Source: Dehalococcoidia bacterium
GTDB lineage: Bacteria > Chloroflexota > Dehalococcoidia > Lucifugimonadales > UBA2985
NCBI GenBank assembly: GCA_034421435.1
Contig: DAOUKJ010000037.1
Coordinates: 1 to 60,438 of the forward strand
Direction: 5' to 3'
DNA length: 60,438 bases
A model generated the notes under the pieces. It did not search any database. It was not told the DNA's origin and saw nothing but the letters and a program-made list of their open reading frames with translations. The position numbers were made by a program, and so were the translations under genes. Below are positions 10,166-18,550 of this stretch, piece after piece; position 1 is the stretch's first letter; the number at the start of each line of letters is the position of its first letter.

Positions 10166-10957
10166 CTATCCGCCCTCCAGCGCCTTGCGTATCTGCTCGC
10201 CCTCGCGACGCCAGAAGCTGAAGAGGATGGCCAGGTCAGTGCCCACGGAGAAGTGCCTCACGCCCATGTCAAGGTACTGCCTCGCCTGGTCCGCCGTGCC
10301 AATCTCAGCCCGCGGCGGCACGCCCATCCTGAGGGCAGTCTGAAACACCCGCAGACGTGCCTCCTCCACCTCCGGGTGGCCGGGGTTGCCTGGCTGGCCG
10401 ATGTTCATCGAGAAGTCGGCGGGACCCCACTGCACCATCTCTACTCCGGGTTCGCTCAGGATCTCCTCCAGGCAGTCCAGCGCGCCCTTCTTCTCGATCA
10501 TGAACGCGAGCACCGTATCGGCGATTAGTTGAACGTACTCAGGCGTCCCGCCATAGCCCATGTAGGTGTTCCGGCGGGTGGCCACGCCGTAGAGGCCGCC
10601 GTGGTCGGGGTGGTCCGGCCTCACGGCCTTGATGCACTCCCGCACGTCTTCGATGCTGCGCAGGTCGGTGAATAGCACGCTTCCGAAGCCCGCGCCAATT
10701 CCGCGCTGCGCAAGGTAGGGCATGAGGCTCTGGTCGATCTTGATCATTGCCCCCATGCCGTAGAGCTCGGCGGCGCGACACAGGTTGTCGAGGTCGTGCA
10801 GGTCGGAGGAGCCGTACTCCGCCACGAACTCCACGTAGTCGTACAGCCCAGTGTTGCCGAGGGCCTCGATCTCCGCGGGCCAGACGCCGACCACGTGGGT
10901 ACTGAGCGTCGGCTCGCCCGCCGCCAGCTTTTCTCTGAGCACGTTCCGCCTTGGCAT
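10166..10957 (-). CDS. HpcH/HpaI (GarL-like) class II aldolase/citrate-lyase family
   Basis: Motifs YVEFVAEY, FMIEKKGA and VQWGPADFSM. GGAGG precedes ATG 10957. Confidence 0.85.
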   Translation of the reverse strand: MPRRNVLREKLAAGEPTLSTHVVGVWPAEIEALGNTGLYDYVEFVAEYGSSDLHDLDNLCRAAELYGMGAMIKIDQSLMPYLAQRGIGAGFGSVLFTDLRSIEDVRECIKAVRPDHPDHGGLYGVATRRNTYMGYGGTPEYVQLIADTVLAFMIEKKGALDCLEEILSEPGVEMVQWGPADFSMNIGQPGNPGHPEVEEARLRVFQTALRMGVPPRAEIGTADQARQYLDMGVRHFSVGTDLAILFSFWRREGEQIRKALEGG

Positions 10958-11251
10958 GTTCACGTCCTCCGTTCTTGGGAAAGCTGCACATATCCTATCG
11001 GCATATCTCAACCGCGTCCATGCTTGTTGAGGCTCTTGTTCCGCGGTGCAGTCGCAGGGCTACGGGGTGCAACGGCGGTAAGAAAGAGCCGGAGGAAGTA
11101 GGAGGAATCTGAAATTGAAGTCATCCCACGCTTGGGCAACCAATGGGAATGATATACGATAGTACCAGAGATCCCAAGGGAGAGGGCATCAACCAAACCA
11201 CCATAGGCGGAGGGCGTGGGGGTGAGTTCTTCGGGGCCTAGGGAGAGATAT

Positions 11252-12040
11252 ATGACGCACGACGAAGAGATTGCTACAGCGCGGCCGTTCGGACGCGAAG
11301 AGGTAGTGTACCAAGCCGTTCTGGATGGGCGCTTGCAGGTAGACGAACGGGGCAGGGTGTGGCGGGCTGAGGGGCGACGTGGCGAGAGGCCTGCGCACGG
11401 GGGGAAATACTGGCGGGTTACGGTTAGTGTGAAGGGCAGGTTGCGCAACACCCTGTCGCACAGGTTAGTGTGGTTCCACACATACGGAAGGATACCTGAC
11501 GGCTTAGTCGTGAATCACAGGGATGGAAATGGTCTGAACAACGACCCGCAGAATCTCGAACTCGTCACTCATGGGGAGAATAGCAAGCATAGGTACCATA
11601 TACTAGGACGGCAGAACCTGACGAAGGAAGTTGTAGATAGAGGGCGTCGGGATTCCACCTTCGCGTTGCGTAAAAGCCAGGCCTATAGAAGAATGAGCCC
11701 TCAGGCGGGTCTCCAACTAGACACCCTTCGACAAGGAGCCTTGGCAGCAGTGGAGGACACCACCAAGGGAGCGGTGTACGGATGGTTAGACAACCACAAG
11801 GACGTTCTCGCGGAGCTTCTGGAGGAGCACAGTCCTAACCAAGTAGCGGCCGCCCTGGAACTGAATCTGAACACGCTCAACGGCTGGCGCCGGCGTCGCG
11901 GGCTGCAGAGGGCGGGAACTCATATGACGCGCTGCGGCGGCGCGGAGGATGGTAATGCGAGAGGACATGGGCAAGGGTCTCTTCAGGGACTAAGCTCAGT
12001 CAGGAGAGAATTACGATTATGGGCGATTTGGCAAGCCTAG
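11252..12040 (+). CDS. Phage-type HNH endonuclease with C-terminal HTH-like segment
   Basis: HRLVW...VNHRDGNGLNNDPQNLELVTHGENSKH (HNH motif) and SPNQVAAALELNLNTLNGW. GGAGAG RBS. Codon usage is more AT-rich than the neighbours. Confidence 0.8.
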   Translation: MTHDEEIATARPFGREEVVYQAVLDGRLQVDERGRVWRAEGRRGERPAHGGKYWRVTVSVKGRLRNTLSHRLVWFHTYGRIPDGLVVNHRDGNGLNNDPQNLELVTHGENSKHRYHILGRQNLTKEVVDRGRRDSTFALRKSQAYRRMSPQAGLQLDTLRQGALAAVEDTTKGAVYGWLDNHKDVLAELLEEHSPNQVAAALELNLNTLNGWRRRRGLQRAGTHMTRCGGAEDGNARGHGQGSLQGLSSVRRELRLWAIWQA

Positions 12041-12105
12041 ACTTGGCCAACGAGAATGTTTGCAGCGTCCGCGTCTGTACAGACTTTATGGAATAGCGCT
12101 GAGCA

Positions 12106-13086
12106 TCATCCGTAAACCTGCGGGTTGGCGCAGTTGGGCAGGCGGCTGCCTTCCAGACCTGCAATCAGGTTGTCGACGGCCATGTTGGCCATACGCAGGC
12201 GCGTAGCCACGCTTGCGCTGGCGATGTGGGGCGCGATGACGACGTTGGGCAGCGTAAGCAGCTCGTCGCGAGGGTCGATGGGTTCGACGGCGGTGACGTC
12301 GAGCGCGGCCATCGCGGGCCTGCCTCGCCGCAGCGCCGCCACGAGCGCGTCCTGGTCCACCACGCCGCCGCGCGCCGTGTTCACCAGCATGGCCGTGTCC
12401 TTCATCATCGCAAGCTCACGCTCGCCGATCATGTGCCGCGTGTCCGCGTTGAGCGGCACGTGCAGCGACACGAAATCCGACTCGCGCAGCAGCTGGTCCA
12501 GCGGCGCGGGTTCTGCATTGATGTCCAGGGGCGCAGGAGCGTTCGACCGCCGGGTGTAGAGTACGCGCATCGAGAAGCCCTGCGCGCGCCGCGCCACCGC
12601 CTGCCCTATGGCACCGAATCCCACGATGCCCAGCGTGGCGCCGTAGAGGTCGCGGCCCAGAAGCACGGTTGGGCCCCACGTCTGCCACTGACCCGCCCGC
12701 ACGTAGGCGTCTGCCTCCACAATGCGCCGCGCGGCTGATGTGAGCAGCGCGAAGGCGAAGTCCGCCGTCGTCTCAGTGAGCACACCGGGCGTGTTGCCGA
12801 CCGGAATGCCGCGCGCCGTGGCCGCAGCCAAGTCGATGTTGTCCGTACCGACCGCCATGTTGCTGACCACGCGCAGGCCAGGCGCGGCCTCCAGCAGCGC
12901 CGCATCAATGCGGTCGGTCAGCAGGCACAGGACGCCGTCCGCCATGGCGGCGCGCTCCCGCAGGCTGTCGTAGTCGGGCGGCATGTCGCTGTCCCACAGG
13001 TCAACCCGGAAGCCGCCGGCCAGCCGGTCCAGCGCCTCCTGCTGCAGCCGCCGCGTGACGAAGACTCGTGGCAGTTCACCGGCCAT
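12106..13086 (-). CDS. D-2-hydroxyacid dehydrogenase (glyoxylate/hydroxypyruvate reductase-like)
   Basis: Motifs GIVGFGAIG, VNTARG, LDVTAVEP and PHIASA. Confidence 0.9.
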   Translation of the reverse strand: MAGELPRVFVTRRLQQEALDRLAGGFRVDLWDSDMPPDYDSLRERAAMADGVLCLLTDRIDAALLEAAPGLRVVSNMAVGTDNIDLAAATARGIPVGNTPGVLTETTADFAFALLTSAARRIVEADAYVRAGQWQTWGPTVLLGRDLYGATLGIVGFGAIGQAVARRAQGFSMRVLYTRRSNAPAPLDINAEPAPLDQLLRESDFVSLHVPLNADTRHMIGERELAMMKDTAMLVNTARGGVVDQDALVAALRRGRPAMAALDVTAVEPIDPRDELLTLPNVVIAPHIASASVATRLRMANMAVDNLIAGLEGSRLPNCANPQVYG

Positions 13087-14212
13087 TGCGCTTCCCTCCC
13101 GTGAGCGCGGCCACCGCGCGGGCGGTTGCCACCTCTATTCGGTGCAGTGTGTCGGCAGCTCCGTTCTGCGACGGCGCAAGCTCGAAGACTCGCTCAATCC
13201 CAATCGCGGACGCGCCGTCAGCGCCCAGTGCATCGCTTCCAACGATGGCGGCCACCTCCGGCCTGCCGTGCTCCCTCGCCATAGCTGCCACGCCGCAGAC
13301 TCCCTTGCCCGAGAGCGTCTGAGCGTCAAGCCGTCCCTCGCCCGTCAGCACCAGGTCCGCGCCCGCCAGCGAGTCCGCTAGGCGCACCGCCTCGCTCACC
13401 ACCTCGAATCCCGGTCTCAGCGATGCGCCGCAGAACACGACGAGCCCTGCACCGAGCCCGCCGGAAGCCCCGGCTCCGGGCATGTCACGCACGCTCAGCC
13501 CCACCTGCTCGCTAACCACATCCGCAAAGCGGCCTAGCGCAGCGTCCAGCGCCTCGATCTGTTCGGGTGTTGCTCCCTTTTGTGGCCCGAACACGGCTGA
13601 GGCGCCATCCGGTCCGCACAGGGGGTTGGTCACGTCGCAGAGCGCGGTCACGCTCGTCGCGGACAGTGCGGCATGCGCGGCCTCGCGATCAATGGAGGCG
13701 AGACACGCAAGGGCAGCGCCTCCCTTCGGCAAGTCACAGCCGCCATCGTCCAGCGCTCGAAAGCCGAGAGCCTGTGCCATGCCCGCGCCGGCGTCATTGG
13801 TGGCGGAATCGCCCAGGCCGACCAGAATTCTCCGGTGGCCGCCGTCCAGAGCAGCCCGGATGAGGTCTCCGGTGCCGCGGGTTGTCGTAACGGTCGGATC
13901 GCGCTCTGAGTCCTCGAGAAGCGCAAGGCCGGAGGCAGCCGCGGTCTCGATGACCGCCGTCTCGCCGTCGCCGAGCACGCCCCAGCGCGCGTGGATTGGA
14001 CGGCCCAGCGGGTCGGCGGCCGGCGACGTGACCCAGCGTCCGCCTGTGGCAGTCACCAGCGCGTCAACCGTGCCGCCGCCGCCGTCCGCAATAGGTATGA
14101 CGGCCACGTCCGAGTCCGGCGCGACGCTCAACACGCCGCGGCGCATGGCCTCCGCCGCATCGGCGGCAGACGCCGTGCCCTTGAACGCCTGTGGAGCCAC
14201 CACAATCCTCAT
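13076..14212 (-). CDS. glxK: Glycerate kinase (GlxK/GarK family)
   Basis: Motifs APQAFKGT, ADGGGGT, GLGDSATNDAG, CDVTNPLCG, FGPQKGA and TGEGRLDAQT. Confidence 0.9.
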   Translation of the reverse strand: MRIVVAPQAFKGTASAADAAEAMRRGVLSVAPDSDVAVIPIADGGGGTVDALVTATGGRWVTSPAADPLGRPIHARWGVLGDGETAVIETAAASGLALLEDSERDPTVTTTRGTGDLIRAALDGGHRRILVGLGDSATNDAGAGMAQALGFRALDDGGCDLPKGGAALACLASIDREAAHAALSATSVTALCDVTNPLCGPDGASAVFGPQKGATPEQIEALDAALGRFADVVSEQVGLSVRDMPGAGASGGLGAGLVVFCGASLRPGFEVVSEAVRLADSLAGADLVLTGEGRLDAQTLSGKGVCGVAAMAREHGRPEVAAIVGSDALGADGASAIGIERVFELAPSQNGAADTLHRIEVATARAVAALTGGKRNGR

Positions 14213-14323
14213 TGCGCCTCGCGATCGTAACTGAACGTGCGCTGACGGCCGTCACAATTGTACCGCATAGGCATGTGCCGGTCGAGCTAAAGCAGATTTC
14301 ACTCGCTGGGCCGCAATCCGATA

Positions 14324-14351
14324 TTGACAACGCACACAGCAGCGTTATAAT
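14324..14351 (+). promoter_or_regulatory. Perfect-consensus sigma70-type promoter
   Basis: TTGACA-N16-TATAAT, ending 10 nt before ATG 14362. Confidence 0.8.
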
Positions 14352-14361
14352 CCGCTCCAGC

Positions 14362-15150
14362 ATGTCGATTCACACCTCAATACGCGGCTTCCACGCCCTG
14401 CTTGCAGCACTGTTCCTTACGGTGGTGCTGGTGGTGGCCTGCTCGCCGGATCCCACGGCCACACCCGTCCCCACCAATACCCCTGTTCCCACGCCAACCC
14501 CAACCGCAACGCCCACTCCCGAACCAACGCCTACCCCGACGCCGGAGCCGACTCCTACGCCCGCGCCCTCAACCGACATGATGCCCGGGCTCATGATGGA
14601 CATGACCGGCGGCGACCTTATGGCCATGATGAGCGCGGAGGAAATCGAGTGCGTGCAGGCCGCGGTCGGCGATGAGGGCCTCGCAGCGATGGAGACTATG
14701 TCCGTCTTCCTGCTCTCGGACTCTATGGCAATGGTCGCGGACTGCTTCTCACCGGCGTTGACGGCTATGCTGTCCATCGCTTTCTTATCCGCCCAAGTCG
14801 GCGGCCTGACCGACGAGAGCACCGCCTGCCTCACGGACTTCTACGCGGAGTACGGCGCCACGCCCCCGGACGGGAGCGACCCGGCCGAGGAAATCGTGTA
14901 CACATTCACCTTTCTGCTGTGCCTGACCGATGAGGAGGCGGAGGCCCTAACCCTCGAAGGAGACGACGCTCCGGCCCCTTCAGAGTTGCGGTGCCTGACC
15001 GCCCAGACGGACCAGGAGACACTCACCCTGCTGCTCACCAGTTTCATGGATCTGTTCTCGGGCAACGCATCGCCGGAGGTGTTGGTGGCGATGCAGGAAG
15101 TGCAGGCCGCCGCGGAGGTCTGCGGCGTCGACCTCCTGACGTTGGGCTGA
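14362..15150 (+). CDS. Lipoprotein with Pro/Thr linker and Cys-paired helical domain, unknown function
   Basis: Hydrophobic signal with lipobox VVAC, a (PT)n linker, and six further Cys. Confidence 0.8.
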   Translation: MSIHTSIRGFHALLAALFLTVVLVVACSPDPTATPVPTNTPVPTPTPTATPTPEPTPTPTPEPTPTPAPSTDMMPGLMMDMTGGDLMAMMSAEEIECVQAAVGDEGLAAMETMSVFLLSDSMAMVADCFSPALTAMLSIAFLSAQVGGLTDESTACLTDFYAEYGATPPDGSDPAEEIVYTFTFLLCLTDEEAEALTLEGDDAPAPSELRCLTAQTDQETLTLLLTSFMDLFSGNASPEVLVAMQEVQAAAEVCGVDLLTLG

Positions 15151-15170
15151 GACGCTCCGCGCGCCTCACG

Positions 15171-15200
15171 TTGACACCTCTCCGGCCGCCCGAATATAGT
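15171..15200 (+). promoter_or_regulatory. sigma70-type promoter
   Basis: TTGACA-N18-TATAGT upstream of the NHL gene. Confidence 0.65.
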
Positions 15201-15246
15201 TCGGCTATCCCCGTAGTTTCTCGCATTCCACGCATGGAGGCGCATC

Positions 15247-16188
15247 ATGGCTCAGGAGTTCGGACAGGGCGAGTTTCGCTACACCTACGTTGAGGACTGG
15301 GCCAAGCTGCCCGCAGGCATGACCTTCGTGGAGTGCCCCGGCGTGGCCGTGGACTCCCAGGACCGGGTCTTTGTGCTGACACGCGGGGAGCACCCGATCA
15401 TCGTCTTCGACAGGGACGGCAACTTCCTGCGCACTTTTGGCGAAGGCCATTTCAGCAACCGCACGCACGGCCTCTACATCGCACACGACGACTCGCTGCT
15501 GGTCGCCGACGACGGGCTACACACCATCCAGAAGTTCAGCCCGGACGGCCAGAAGCTCATGGAAATCGGAGAGAGGAACCACCCGGCGCCAAGGTGGAGC
15601 GGGCAGCCGTTCAACCGGCCGACCTCCGCCGCCATCATGCCCAGCAACGGCGACGTCTACATCTCCGACGGCTACGGCAACTCCCGCATCCACGCCTACA
15701 CCGCCACCGGTGAGTACCGCTTCTCGTGGGGCGAGCCGGGCATAGACGCAGGCCAGTTCATCCGGCCCCACAACATCGCCTTCGACGCTGACGACCGGGT
15801 GTACGTGGTGGACCGGGAAGCGCACCGCATCCAGATATTCTCGCCGAACGGCGAGTTCATCACGATGTGGAGCAACATTCACCGACCCGACTCGATGGTG
15901 CTGTGGCAGGACCACATCTACATTGGAGAGCTCAACGGGATGCCGGGCGTGGACGACGCCCCCGGGCTGGGCCATCGCGTAGGCATCTACACCCTGGACG
16001 GCGAGCTTGTGTGCCGGTTCGGCGACAAGGATGAGGGCGAGGGAGCAGGCCAGTTCATCGCGCCCCACGGCATCGCCGTAGACTCGCGCGGCGACATCTA
16101 CGTCTCCGAGGTCTCGTACACCATCCGCGGGTCGCACATGGACCCGCCGAGGGAGCTGCGCAGCCTGTCCAAGTACAGCCGCGTGTGA
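15247..16188 (+). CDS. NHL beta-propeller, peptidyl-alpha-hydroxyglycine amidating lyase (PAL)-like
   Basis: NHL repeats with THG, PHN and PHG His motifs, plus DGYGNSR and DREAHR. Confidence 0.85.
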   Translation: MAQEFGQGEFRYTYVEDWAKLPAGMTFVECPGVAVDSQDRVFVLTRGEHPIIVFDRDGNFLRTFGEGHFSNRTHGLYIAHDDSLLVADDGLHTIQKFSPDGQKLMEIGERNHPAPRWSGQPFNRPTSAAIMPSNGDVYISDGYGNSRIHAYTATGEYRFSWGEPGIDAGQFIRPHNIAFDADDRVYVVDREAHRIQIFSPNGEFITMWSNIHRPDSMVLWQDHIYIGELNGMPGVDDAPGLGHRVGIYTLDGELVCRFGDKDEGEGAGQFIAPHGIAVDSRGDIYVSEVSYTIRGSHMDPPRELRSLSKYSRV

Positions 16189-16207
16189 GGCGTCGGCTTC
16201 CCCGTCG

Positions 16208-16216
16208 TGGTACAAT
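16208..16216 (+). promoter_or_regulatory. Extended -10 promoter
   Basis: TGGTACAAT 17 nt before ATG 16234. Confidence 0.5.
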
Positions 16217-16233
16217 TGTGACTGGAGAAGCCG

Positions 16234-16617
16234 ATGACCACCGTTGAAGCCAACGCCGCTCGCATATTCCAGGATGCCCGCCGCATGGCAGACTCCGCGC
16301 TGGAGCGCATGGCGGCCGGCGATGTCCGAGACGCTGCGGAGAAGGCGTGGTGTGCTACCGTCCGAGCCACGGAGGCGCTGGTGCTCGCCCGCACGGGGCA
16401 GGAGCCGGAGACGTCTACCGCCGCGGGCCGTCGGCTTTCCGCTCTCACCATGGACGATCCATCGCTGGTGAACCTCCGATTACGCTATTCCGATCGCCAG
16501 AGGGTGCTGCACGGTGAGTGCTTCTACCACGAATACTGCCAGCCTGTGGTAACGGAACGGCTCATCAGCGAGACCGCGGACTACGTGCGAGACGCCGAGC
16601 GTCTGGCGCAGAAGTAG
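16234..16617 (+). CDS. PaREP1/HEPN-family protein
   Basis: 127 aa all-helical protein with DAAEKAW and RVLHGECFY motifs. Confidence 0.75.
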   Translation: MTTVEANAARIFQDARRMADSALERMAAGDVRDAAEKAWCATVRATEALVLARTGQEPETSTAAGRRLSALTMDDPSLVNLRLRYSDRQRVLHGECFYHEYCQPVVTERLISETADYVRDAERLAQK

Positions 16618-16638
16618 AGCCTCCTCCTCTCTCTGTCC

Positions 16639-16705
16639 ACTCCTGCCCTCGCAGGAGTCCATCCTCGCACCACCCCTCTGGATTGCGGCTTGCGCCGCAA
16701 TGACG
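16639..16705. repeat. REP-like doublet (two palindromes) between convergent genes
   Basis: ACTCCTGC-cctc-GCAGGAGT followed by CTGGATTGCGGCTTGCGCCGCAATGACG. The second arm recurs at 48379, 48658 (degenerate) and, inverted, at 57113. Confidence 0.75.
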
Positions 16706-16736
16706 GACGAAGGCCGGTTCGCTGCTCCCTTCGCCG

Positions 16737-17495
16737 CTAGCCGCGGCCTATGTAGGGCATCTTGGTTGCCATGATAGTCATGAACTGCACGTTGGCGTCC
16801 AGCGGCAGGTTGGCCATGAACAGGATCGACTCCGCCACGTGCTCCACGTCGAACGTCGGCTCGACCGCCACCTCGCCATGAGCCTGCGGCACACCGTTCT
16901 CCATCCGCTGTGTCAGGGCCGTCAGGGCGTTGCCGATGTCTATCTGGCTGCAGGCGATGTTGTAGCGCCGCCCGTCCAGTGATATCGACCTGGTCAGGCC
17001 GGTCACGCCGTGCTTGGAGGCGGTGTAGGGCGCGGAGTTTGGCCTTGGCACGTGGGCGGAAATCGAGCCGTTGTTGATGATTCGCCCGCCCATCGGTTCC
17101 TGGGCCTTCATGATCTTGACGGCCTCTTGAGCGCACAGGAAGACCCCGGTCAGGTTGGTGTCCACCACCCTCTTCCACTGCTCAAATGTCAGCTCCTCGA
17201 AGGGCACAGGAGGCGCTCCCGAACCGGCGTTGTTGAACAGCACGTCCAGCCTGCCAAAGGTCTCGTGCGCTTTGGCGAATAGGGCTTGGACGGCCTCCGG
17301 GTCGGTGACGTCCGTGGGCACGGGCAGCGCCCGCGACGCCGAATCGCCCGCCTGCTCGACTGTCTCCTGCAGCGTTTCGGTGCGGCGGCCGGCCAGCACA
17401 ACCGAGTACCCGTCACGAAGCAGGGCCAGCGCGGAGCTACGCCCAATACCTGACCCGGCGCCGGTTACCATCGCTATCCTTCCGTTGGGCTCCAT
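16737..17495 (-). CDS. Short-chain dehydrogenase/reductase
   Basis: Motifs [17 protein letters not shown] and YTASK. GGAGG precedes ATG 17495. Confidence 0.92.
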   Translation of the reverse strand: MEPNGRIAMVTGAGSGIGRSSALALLRDGYSVVLAGRRTETLQETVEQAGDSASRALPVPTDVTDPEAVQALFAKAHETFGRLDVLFNNAGSGAPPVPFEELTFEQWKRVVDTNLTGVFLCAQEAVKIMKAQEPMGGRIINNGSISAHVPRPNSAPYTASKHGVTGLTRSISLDGRRYNIACSQIDIGNALTALTQRMENGVPQAHGEVAVEPTFDVEHVAESILFMANLPLDANVQFMTIMATKMPYIGRG

Positions 17496-17559
17496 GTCCG
17501 AAACCTCCCTTATGGTTTCCGCTTCCCGAGTGCGCCGCATCCCCTGGCTCCCGCTTCCG

Positions 17560-17612
17560 CGGGAGTGGTGTGGGTGAGCGGGAGTGGTGTGGGTGAGCGG
17601 GAGTGGTGCGGG
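17560..17612 (+). repeat. 19-bp G-rich tandem repeat (2 full copies + partial)
   Basis: CGGGAGTGGTGTGGGTGAG twice, then CGGGAGTGGTGCGGG. Confidence 0.95.
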
Positions 17613-17689
17613 TTACGCTCTTGTCACTGTCGTATCGCTTGTTGTCGCCGCGGCCAGGGCCTCAGAGCATCTGGAGCGGAGCCTCGGCG

Positions 17690-18550
17690 CTACACTCGTA
17701 TGTCCCTGCGCTGAAAGCCCGCGTATGCTGCGCCCAGGCACACCAGCACCACAACCAGCATTACGCCCGCGTGCGCCGGATTCAGGCCGTGCAACAGCGG
17801 CGAGTCGCCGTTGTAGTAGTGCATCAGCGAGAGCCAGCGCGTCGGCTCCATGACCTCCGACAGCAGGCTCAGCGTGTTTAGCACCCACCCGCCTGCCACC
17901 ACGGAGGCGCCGACCGCAACGCTCAACCCGTGACGGCCCGTCACTGCGCCGACGGTGAATGACACGCTTCCGAATGCCAGCCCAAGCAGCGCCAGGCTCA
18001 GGCACATCTCCGCAAGCCTCACCACTCCGATGTCCATGCCCACGACGCGCGATCCAACCACCAGCACTACCCACGTGAACGACGAGAGCTGTGCTACGGA
18101 CACCGTCATGGATGCGTACTTCTCCAGCAGCAGCCTGCCGCGGGAGACCGGCTGCGACAGCAGCAGCTCGATCGTGCCGGAGCGCTCCTCGCCGGCAACC
18201 GCGCCGCTGCCGCGTCCGACCGCGAAAACTGCCATGAGCATCGGCATCATGAACCCGAACAGCTCGGCGTTCAGGTAACCCGCTGGCGTGGAGAAGCCCG
18301 CCAGGTCAGATGCGCCGAACATCGCCATCAGGCTGTCGGGGTACTGGTCGACCAGCTCCTGCAGGCCCTCAATTCCCTCAATCGTAGGGTAGAACCCGAC
18401 CATCACGCCAACCAGGATTCCGGCCCCAAGGCTCCACCACGCCTGCGACCTGCGCTGGTCTCGCAGGGTCTTCAGGAACACGCTGCTGAGCAGCCCGCCT
18501 CTCACCGACGCCCCGGCGGGCCTCCCTTGCAATACCTGCTGTTGACTCAT
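17690..18550 (-). CDS. ABC-2 type exporter permease
   Basis: Six TM segments and the AGEERSGTIELLLSQPVSR motif; ends FQRRDI. Confidence 0.9.
   Translation of the reverse strand: MSQQQVLQGRPAGASVRGGLLSSVFLKTLRDQRRSQAWWSLGAGILVGVMVGFYPTIEGIEGLQELVDQYPDSLMAMFGASDLAGFSTPAGYLNAELFGFMMPMLMAVFAVGRGSGAVAGEERSGTIELLLSQPVSRGRLLLEKYASMTVSVAQLSSFTWVVLVVGSRVVGMDIGVVRLAEMCLSLALLGLAFGSVSFTVGAVTGRHGLSVAVGASVVAGGWVLNTLSLLSEVMEPTRWLSLMHYYNGDSPLLHGLNPAHAGVMLVVVLVCLGAAYAGFQRRDIRV

Noticed and set aside
11008-11481. 157-aa minus-strand ORF overlapping the HNH gene
   Set aside because: No motifs or RBS, and it is antisense to the better-supported HNH frame.
11252-12040. Prophage call based on the HNH gene
   Set aside because: No integrase, terminase, structural or replication genes anywhere in the window.
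14448-14575. Pro/Thr repeats in lipoprotein genes as a DNA repeat system (also 22669-22786)
   Set aside because: Wobble positions vary freely, so these are protein-level flexible linkers.
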